Shown here piece by piece: positions 57,753-64,000 of a stretch of 64,000 nt of DNA. Every line of letters starts with the position of its first letter. Position 1 is the first letter of the stretch. The notes beneath the pieces were generated by a model. The model was given only the letters and a program-made list of their open reading frames with translations, was not told the origin of the DNA and searched no databases. The translations under genes and the position numbers were made by a program. Where the stretch lies: positions 4,788 to 68,787 of the forward strand of contig CAYZBC010000001.1 of the NCBI GenBank assembly GCA_964476535.1, given 5' to 3'. This DNA is from an uncultured Maribellus sp. Its GTDB lineage: Bacteria; Bacteroidota; Bacteroidia; Bacteroidales; Prolixibacteraceae.

Positions 57753-58658
57753 CTATTTCCTATTGAGTATCTCAAACTCAATATAAATTGGTTTATGGTC
57801 CGAAGGATAAACTCCATCCATATTGTAATCTATTTCTTCATACTTCATTATATTTACAGCTCCTTTATAAAGTATCCAATCAATTTCCTTACTGTTTTCT
57901 TTATTCGGATCATGAAGCTGGTTTGTATCATTCGAATATATATCACCAACCAACACTTTGTGCGGTTCACTAGCAGGGTGGCAATTAAAATCTCCCATCA
58001 GAAACACCGGGCGTTCCGTTGTCCATTCTCCAAAACGATTCCGTTCATTGATTCTATTTAAAATTAACTTTGAGGCATTTAGTCTTGCCAAAGAATCTTT
58101 TCTTCCATTAAAATAATGCGTATTAAAAACATAAAATTCCTGCGTGTTTTCCCAATTCCCACGATAATCTTCCGGGTACTTTCCATCTTTCCCTTTATTA
58201 GAAATATTAATCAGAGCGAAGCGTGCCCAAGTTACCATTCGGGGATTTACCTTAGGACCACTACCTATAATATCCGGGGTTTTGGATAGTTGAAAACTCT
58301 GTAGTTCGCGTAATCGAAACTTGTCACGTTTATAAAAAATCGCCATGTGTTCATCGTCATCTCCACCTTGACGCCCTTCACCAACCACCACATACTCGGG
58401 CAATTGCTTAGTTAAATAATCAATTTGTTCCTTTAATCCTTCCTGTGTTCCAATAATATCGGGCTTATATTTTCGAATTAAATCAACCTGCATTTCGCGT
58501 CGAACTTCCCACGATGGTTTATAAGTTGGACTAGCAAATTTCAGGTTGTATGTCATTAGACTTATCTGCCTGCTACTATTATTATCTTCTTTCTGTGCAT
58601 GAATAATGGATGGTACGCTCCAAAACAAGAATGCTAGAATTACTAATGTTGTTTTCAT
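57753..58658 (-). CDS. Secreted endonuclease/exonuclease/phosphatase (EEP) family protein
   Basis: Signal peptide; MTYNL, DIIGTQE, FNTH, MGDFN, IDWI, PSDHKP motifs. Confidence 0.92.
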   Translation of the reverse strand: MKTTLVILAFLFWSVPSIIHAQKEDNNSSRQISLMTYNLKFASPTYKPSWEVRREMQVDLIRKYKPDIIGTQEGLKEQIDYLTKQLPEYVVVGEGRQGGDDDEHMAIFYKRDKFRLRELQSFQLSKTPDIIGSGPKVNPRMVTWARFALINISNKGKDGKYPEDYRGNWENTQEFYVFNTHYFNGRKDSLARLNASKLILNRINERNRFGEWTTERPVFLMGDFNCHPASEPHKVLVGDIYSNDTNQLHDPNKENSKEIDWILYKGAVNIMKYEEIDYNMDGVYPSDHKPIYIEFEILNRK

Positions 58659-58675
58659 TCTTAATGTTCTAAAGG

Positions 58676-60073
58676 TTATTGTTTCAAACTAAATACAAAG
58701 GCTTTATAATCCTGCATTAACTCCTTAACAAGTTCAGGTTTTTCTAGTGCCAAATCATTTGATTCCTTTGAGTCTATTCTTAAATTAAATAGCTGAATAC
58801 TACTTTGAGGTTCTTCTGGTTTTATTCCTGGGTAAAGTGCAGGAGTTGCCTGTTCGAAAGGAGCAATTATTGTTGTTCCATCGGGTCCACGCTTATCTTT
58901 CCAATTATCTAAATTTACTTCACGGTAGAACCTAGGTTTATTTACAAAGAGTTTCCAATCTCCTTTTCGTATTGACATAATAGTGCTATTATGCATACTA
59001 AAAACTGGCTTGTGCTCTATTTGATTTCCTTTTAAAACTTCGGTAATATCTTCTCCATCAAGTACATTACTACTAACATTTTCAATTCTAGCTAAAGAAA
59101 GTATGGTTGGGAAAATATCAGCAGACCAACAAGGAACATCAACCTTAATCTGTTCCTTAAATATTCTAGGATAATGAATAAAAAATGGAACTCTGATTCC
59201 ACCTTCCCAAGTAGTAGCTTTCATTCCCTTAAAACCACCAGTGCTTCCACCGTACCAAGGACCATTATCTGACATGAAAATTACGATGGTATTCTCCAAT
59301 AAATTCAACTCCTTGAGGTTCTTCATTACCTCACCCACCGACCAATCCAATTCGCGCATTACATCGGCATATAAATCATCGGGGGTTTCGGGTGTATAAA
59401 ATTGCTCTGAAGCAGCCAAAGGCTTGTGCGGCATAGCGTGACACAAGTGAAGAAAAAATGGTTTTTCCTTATTTTTCGTTATAAACTCGATGGCTTTTTC
59501 TGTGTATTTTTTTGTCAACTGGTTTTGGTTAACTGGATATTCTACAGTATCCCGGTTTTCAACAATTTGCACGGGGCGCATATCATTTGAATATAAAATC
59601 CCATAATATTCATCAAATCCATGGTTTACCGGGAAGAATTCCTCCTTATGCCCCAAATGCCATTTACCAATACACATGGTTTTATAATTAGCTTGTTGAA
59701 AAACTTCACCTAAAGTTATTTCTTCTGCCTGAATTCCAATATCATTTATACCGGCATCGGGAGTTGGATTTTTTACTAAACCGTGCCTTAACGGAAACCT
59801 TCCGGTTAACAATGTTCCACGAGAGGGAGCACAATATGGAGTTGGCACATAAAAGTCGGTACAGACAACACCTTCATTTGCAAACTTGTCGATATTGGGT
59901 GTTGTGTAGTTTTTCTGTCCAAAATATGAGATATCGCCATATCCTAAATCATCGGCTAAAATAATTACAACATTTGGTTTTGTTTCCTTTGGTTTATTGG
60001 TATTTGAACAAGCACAAACGCCAAGCATTATTACTATAATTCCAAGCAGGAAAAACATCTTATTTCTTTGCAT
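58676..60073 (-). CDS. Arylsulfatase A-like sulfatase (S1, Cys-type), lipoprotein
   Basis: PNVVIILADDLGYGD, CAPSRGTLLTG, GKWHLG, HAMPHKP, SDNGP, EGGIRVP. Confidence 0.94.
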   Translation of the reverse strand: MQRNKMFFLLGIIVIMLGVCACSNTNKPKETKPNVVIILADDLGYGDISYFGQKNYTTPNIDKFANEGVVCTDFYVPTPYCAPSRGTLLTGRFPLRHGLVKNPTPDAGINDIGIQAEEITLGEVFQQANYKTMCIGKWHLGHKEEFFPVNHGFDEYYGILYSNDMRPVQIVENRDTVEYPVNQNQLTKKYTEKAIEFITKNKEKPFFLHLCHAMPHKPLAASEQFYTPETPDDLYADVMRELDWSVGEVMKNLKELNLLENTIVIFMSDNGPWYGGSTGGFKGMKATTWEGGIRVPFFIHYPRIFKEQIKVDVPCWSADIFPTILSLARIENVSSNVLDGEDITEVLKGNQIEHKPVFSMHNSTIMSIRKGDWKLFVNKPRFYREVNLDNWKDKRGPDGTTIIAPFEQATPALYPGIKPEEPQSSIQLFNLRIDSKESNDLALEKPELVKELMQDYKAFVFSLKQ

Positions 60074-60132
60074 CTTTTTTTTTGTTTTTTACGAAAAATA
60101 TCAAAAAATATACTCTCTGAGAACGTTGATTT

Positions 60133-63100
60133 TTATCTATTCAAAATCAACTTCTTAGTTGTACTATAGTTAACAATTGTAATTCTGTAGAAATAAATTC
60201 CTGCAGAATAATTTGAAGCATTCCATTCAATCTCATGAGTTCCGGCAAACATTTTTTCAGTAAGTAATACTTCACGCATTCTACCATATGAATCGTAAAC
60301 AGCCAATTTTACACTACTCGCTTTGGGAATTGAAAAGCTAATGGTCGTACTTTTATTAAATGGATTTGGATAATTTCTAAGATTGTATTCGTTAGGATCA
60401 TTAATTTCATTCACACTTGTTACGGTGCCTTTTAGTATTCCCCAAATTTGCAACTCAGACATCTGCATTAATCCTTGCGAATCGCCATTAATGGCAGTAA
60501 TGTGTAAACGATATTTTCTAAACCATTTATCATTTTCAAATGTCCACGATTTAGGAGTTTGAAAAGTAAGCCACGAAGGATTATTGTTTACTTCATGCAG
60601 CATTACCCATTCTCCTTTCGTTTCGTCCCATCCTTGTAGTTCCCAGTTTTTGGGATCGCGTCCGGATGCATCGTTAGCCGATGTAATTGTATATCCAGTT
60701 ACCAAAGAAAGTGTGTCAGATGATATTTCAATCCAAGAATTAATTGCTCTGACCAAATATTTTGTTTCAACACTATTGTCAATTAACATTTCTACCCTTT
60801 CGCCAGGAGGAGAACCGGCACCTTCATCACCGTCTATCCACGGTTCATCGTCGTTTGATCCTGAGATTGTAATATTTTCGAGATCGGTGATATCAACTCC
60901 GGGAGGTAAAGCCTCCTGACAAGAATTAAACAAAACTGCAGTAAGAGTTAAATCATAACTTGGTACTTGCATTGTTCTGAATCCTTTATTATCGGAGCAT
61001 TCAGTAGGTACATTCTCTTCCACATAATTTGTGCTGAAATCAGGACCATTTTGGTAAATGAAGTAATACTTTAGATTTTTCCCGACTGCAACCGGCACAG
61101 TAGTATTGTATTTCTTATCATCTTGTACTTCAGTCATTGTATACCACGCTTCCTGACCATCAAGTTTCACCCAAACTTTTCCGCCTTCGTACAAATCGGT
61201 AATTTCGTTTAAATCGACTTTGAATGTAATTTCGGAAGAAGCAATTTTGCTTGATAAGTCTACATAAAAATTAATAAATGCAGAATATCCAGCACCATTA
61301 ATCGCCTTTATTCGGTAATGATAATCTCCTTGAAAAATATTAGTATCAGTATAAGTTTCGGAATCTTTAGCCAGTTCAACTAGTAGCTCAAAATTTTCGC
61401 CACCGTCTGCTGACCTTTCAAGAATATATTTTGTTTCATTGTTTTCAACATCAATCCATTCAAGCGTTACAAAGGTATTGTTATCAGCAATGGAATAATC
61501 TGTAGTTCTGAAATTTCCAGGAGCATTTAGTGAAACGCCTGTGGTATCAACCAATAACCCTTTTCCAGCCCAAGCTGATAGTTGATTATAAATATTACTA
61601 ACACGCTGATCTGGAATAGTAATGTTCTTTACTGCTTCCTCACCTAATCTATCTTCCAATTGTTTTAAATACAAACTACGTGTTGCCACATGAGCGCCGT
61701 GGTTGTCGTAATGCCCTCGATAAACACCGGCTTTGGTATTATTTACATACTGACTTAATATTTCGTTCCCGGTATTCCCAATGGCGTAATTCATAAAACC
61801 AGTAGGTGAATCACAAATAATTGATGGCGATTCGGTATTCCATATTACACTCTGAACACCAGCCCAACTGTGACCGGATCCTGATGTGCCACGGTGCTCC
61901 AAAGCAATCAAACTTTCGAGTTTAAGATTATCAAACAAGGTACCGGTTGCCCAACGCTGATGCGGCCCCTGAGTTCCACCTTTTAAAGAGTAGCCATCCA
62001 AAAATACGTTTGGACCTGGTATTCTTGGTCCCAAAACGTAATCGTGCCTTCCATCGTAAGTATAAGTTCGTTGACAAAGATTATGGCTCGAAGCTGCATC
62101 AAAATAAAATGTATATCTGTAACCGGCTCGTTTAGGCCCAAGTGGTTCCAATGAAGCACAATCTTCGATGGTAATATAATGTGAATTCCATGTTTTGAAA
62201 AGAGAATTAGATGTGTACAAAACAGTAACTGCTCTTATCCAACTGTTTTCTATATGATCGTAATGAACTGCAGTTTTTAAACGATTTGGGTCGTCTGCCG
62301 GGCAAGTTGGTGTAATTCCTGTACCTTCAATTCGCAAATTTTCAATTCCAACGTTTTGAAGACGACCTTCGGAATCGAAACTAAGTTTATGTATTTCTCC
62401 TCCCCCAAATTTAGCTTGCATTGGCAAAATTACGGGCGAATGAATTGAAATATTATTACTACTTATATCGACTATTTTACGCTCGAAATTAACTGTATAT
62501 GTGCCGGTATCCCAGTCCAAATCACCGCTGCCCATATAATTGTTTGCGTAAATTTCATCGAGCCAGGTTTGGTTAGGAGTAAAACGGACTTGGATAATAT
62601 CGCCAACTGAATAGTTGCTAGCATCTTCAACCTCAAATTCCGTAGCTCCAAAACCAACATAGTCATCTACTATTTCTGTTTTACTGCCTGTTGAGTAAGA
62701 AGCATAGGGAGACCTGGCAGCTATCGCCTGAAATTTTTCCTCAAAGTTGGTTTGAATTATTGTGCCATCCGTTCCTTGTCCTTCTCCACGTAAAATTACA
62801 CCACTTGCTTCAATTAGCAGAGCATCTTTTTGATTGGTCAAGTTTTCAGCTAGTTGATAAATTCCAGCCTTTAGAAGTACTGCCCCTCTTATTCCATTTC
62901 CATCAGGCTCAAGGTTTGAAACATAATCAATTGCATCTTGAATGCGCTGCTGATCGTCTCCTAGTTGTGGATACAGTGTTATTTTAACCGGGGCAAAAGG
63001 TATTGCCACGCCGCCGCCCATATATCCACAATTAGAAAAGTCAGCAATAATGTTCTCTTGTATTGATTCTTCAGTATTTGCATGATATTCATAAACCAGT

Positions 63101-63195
63101 TTTTCGTCTTCGCCAGGGTAAACAAGCTCAGATTGCTGTGCCTGGGAAAAAATAATTGACACACAAAAAAATATTAATGTAGAGAATAATTTCAT
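60133..63195 (-). CDS. Multimodular T9SS cargo: N-terminal beta-helix (Pectate_lyase_3-like) domain, FN3, CBM-like, F5/8-type domain, T9SS CTD
   Basis: DFS.CGY.GGG..IP..P, DD..RIQ.AID, GAVLLKAG.Y; FN3 W.D..NNET.Y.LERS; Y.ITSAND..GRDP.NW.LQG; NYPNPFN.ST.I.F. Confidence 0.75.
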   Translation of the reverse strand: MKLFSTLIFFCVSIIFSQAQQSELVYPGEDEKLVYEYHANTEESIQENIIADFSNCGYMGGGVAIPFAPVKITLYPQLGDDQQRIQDAIDYVSNLEPDGNGIRGAVLLKAGIYQLAENLTNQKDALLIEASGVILRGEGQGTDGTIIQTNFEEKFQAIAARSPYASYSTGSKTEIVDDYVGFGATEFEVEDASNYSVGDIIQVRFTPNQTWLDEIYANNYMGSGDLDWDTGTYTVNFERKIVDISSNNISIHSPVILPMQAKFGGGEIHKLSFDSEGRLQNVGIENLRIEGTGITPTCPADDPNRLKTAVHYDHIENSWIRAVTVLYTSNSLFKTWNSHYITIEDCASLEPLGPKRAGYRYTFYFDAASSHNLCQRTYTYDGRHDYVLGPRIPGPNVFLDGYSLKGGTQGPHQRWATGTLFDNLKLESLIALEHRGTSGSGHSWAGVQSVIWNTESPSIICDSPTGFMNYAIGNTGNEILSQYVNNTKAGVYRGHYDNHGAHVATRSLYLKQLEDRLGEEAVKNITIPDQRVSNIYNQLSAWAGKGLLVDTTGVSLNAPGNFRTTDYSIADNNTFVTLEWIDVENNETKYILERSADGGENFELLVELAKDSETYTDTNIFQGDYHYRIKAINGAGYSAFINFYVDLSSKIASSEITFKVDLNEITDLYEGGKVWVKLDGQEAWYTMTEVQDDKKYNTTVPVAVGKNLKYYFIYQNGPDFSTNYVEENVPTECSDNKGFRTMQVPSYDLTLTAVLFNSCQEALPPGVDITDLENITISGSNDDEPWIDGDEGAGSPPGERVEMLIDNSVETKYLVRAINSWIEISSDTLSLVTGYTITSANDASGRDPKNWELQGWDETKGEWVMLHEVNNNPSWLTFQTPKSWTFENDKWFRKYRLHITAINGDSQGLMQMSELQIWGILKGTVTSVNEINDPNEYNLRNYPNPFNKSTTISFSIPKASSVKLAVYDSYGRMREVLLTEKMFAGTHEIEWNASNYSAGIYFYRITIVNYSTTKKLILNR

Positions 63196-63236
63196 TTTGC
63201 TTGGATGATAAGTCGATTGATTGAAAACAATAAATA

Positions 63237-63270
63237 AAAGAACCCGAAACTATTACGTTTCGGGTTCTTT
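63237..63270 (-). terminator. Terminator after the truncated T9SS gene
   Basis: Perfect 14-bp inverted repeat AAAGAACCCGAAAC / GTTTCGGGTTCTTT, followed on the minus strand by a U-rich run. Confidence 0.85.
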
Positions 63271-63293
63271 ATTACCATATATTATTTAAAAAA

Positions 63294-63998
63294 CTATTTT
63301 AAAATAACCTTATGAGTTACACTTCTTTCTTGTGAACTTACACTAATAATATAAAGTCCCTTTACTAAACCTGACATATCTGCTTCAGTTTTTGGTCCAG
63401 AAATATTGGTTTGATGCAACATTAATTTACCTGTAATGCTATAAATAGCATACCCAAATTCTCCATTTGAAGGATTCTCAATATTAAGTAATCCTATTGT
63501 TGGATTTGGATAAACCTTACTTTCAAAACCTGCATCAATATCATCAACAGCTACTGCCCAGTCTTTCGCACCAATATACGTTGTATCATTAGTTAAACGA
63601 ATAAATACCTGGCCATCACCACCATAACCTGTTATTCTCCCTAATTCAACATATGCTTCAGCCTTAGCAACATGGTCTCCAGGAATAGTTACCATGCCTT
63701 GTTCAATGTCAAGTACTGAACCTTCAGGAATTGATTTTGCAGCATCGAATCCAGTTAAATTGAATTCGCCACTTTTAACATATACAGATCCGGTGCCTCC
63801 AGGATTTCCTTCGAAAGCTGTTCCGTACATACCTGCGACATTTACAGTACCACCATTAATTTCAACAACTGCATCACCGGCCCAACCAATCCATGCGTGC
63901 GATCCAAAGTTAAATACACCGCCGGTATCAACAACTAGTGTTCCAGGAGAATTCCATCCAATTCCAGACCATCCATTTGTAGTAGAAAGAACTCCACC
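63294..63998 (-). CDS. T9SS-sorted protein with Gly-rich beta-helix repeats; 5' part lies beyond the window
   Basis: Frame open to the window edge (GGVLSTTNGWSGIGWNSPGTLVVDTGG...); C-terminal VYPNPT...DMSGL.KGLYII CTD. Confidence 0.8.
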   Translation of the reverse strand, partial: GGVLSTTNGWSGIGWNSPGTLVVDTGGVFNFGSHAWIGWAGDAVVEINGGTVNVAGMYGTAFEGNPGGTGSVYVKSGEFNLTGFDAAKSIPEGSVLDIEQGMVTIPGDHVAKAEAYVELGRITGYGGDGQVFIRLTNDTTYIGAKDWAVAVDDIDAGFESKVYPNPTIGLLNIENPSNGEFGYAIYSITGKLMLHQTNISGPKTEADMSGLVKGLYIISVSSQERSVTHKVILK

Positions 63999-64000
63999 AT

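Noticed and set aside
25760-64000. Active mobile element (integrase, transposase, relaxase, prophage) in the accessory region
   Set aside because: No ORF carries tyrosine/serine recombinase, DDE, HUH or phage structural motifs; only relic-like signals are present.

Overview
AT-rich bacterial chromosome segment. Gene content (SusC/SusD, T9SS C-terminal domains, TAnnTTTG promoters, S46 peptidase, M23-dxr-rseP order) points to Bacteroidota, probably an anaerobic or facultative marine/sediment lineage such as Prolixibacteraceae (inferred). Bases 1-25.7 kb are mostly housekeeping: an NtrC-type two-component pair, flippase/GT4, rnhB, GH97, rnhA, DPP7, M23-dxr-rseP, tatA, and a methionine cluster. 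That cluster has a SAM-I riboswitch, a Met/Cys-rich leader ORF, a methanogen-type aspartate-semialdehyde sulfurtransferase / NIL-ferredoxin / UPF0280 trio, metH and metF. A tRNA(CAT), most likely Ile2, at 25610-25683 marks a switch to about 38 kb of accessory glycan-degradation genes: a SusC/SusD/DUF3823 PUL with GH92, one canonical GH99, three GH99/GH71-like paralogues, three Cys-type sulfatases, two phosphoesterases, beta-helix proteins and T9SS cargo. The most unusual signal is an unannotated 85-115 nt repeat family. Five copies (two tandem pairs and one single) each end at a start codon or the start of the next copy, and carry a co-varying hairpin that pairs with that ATG. No CRISPR array, rRNA, integrase or transposase was found. 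Family assignments come from motif recognition by eye, not database searches.
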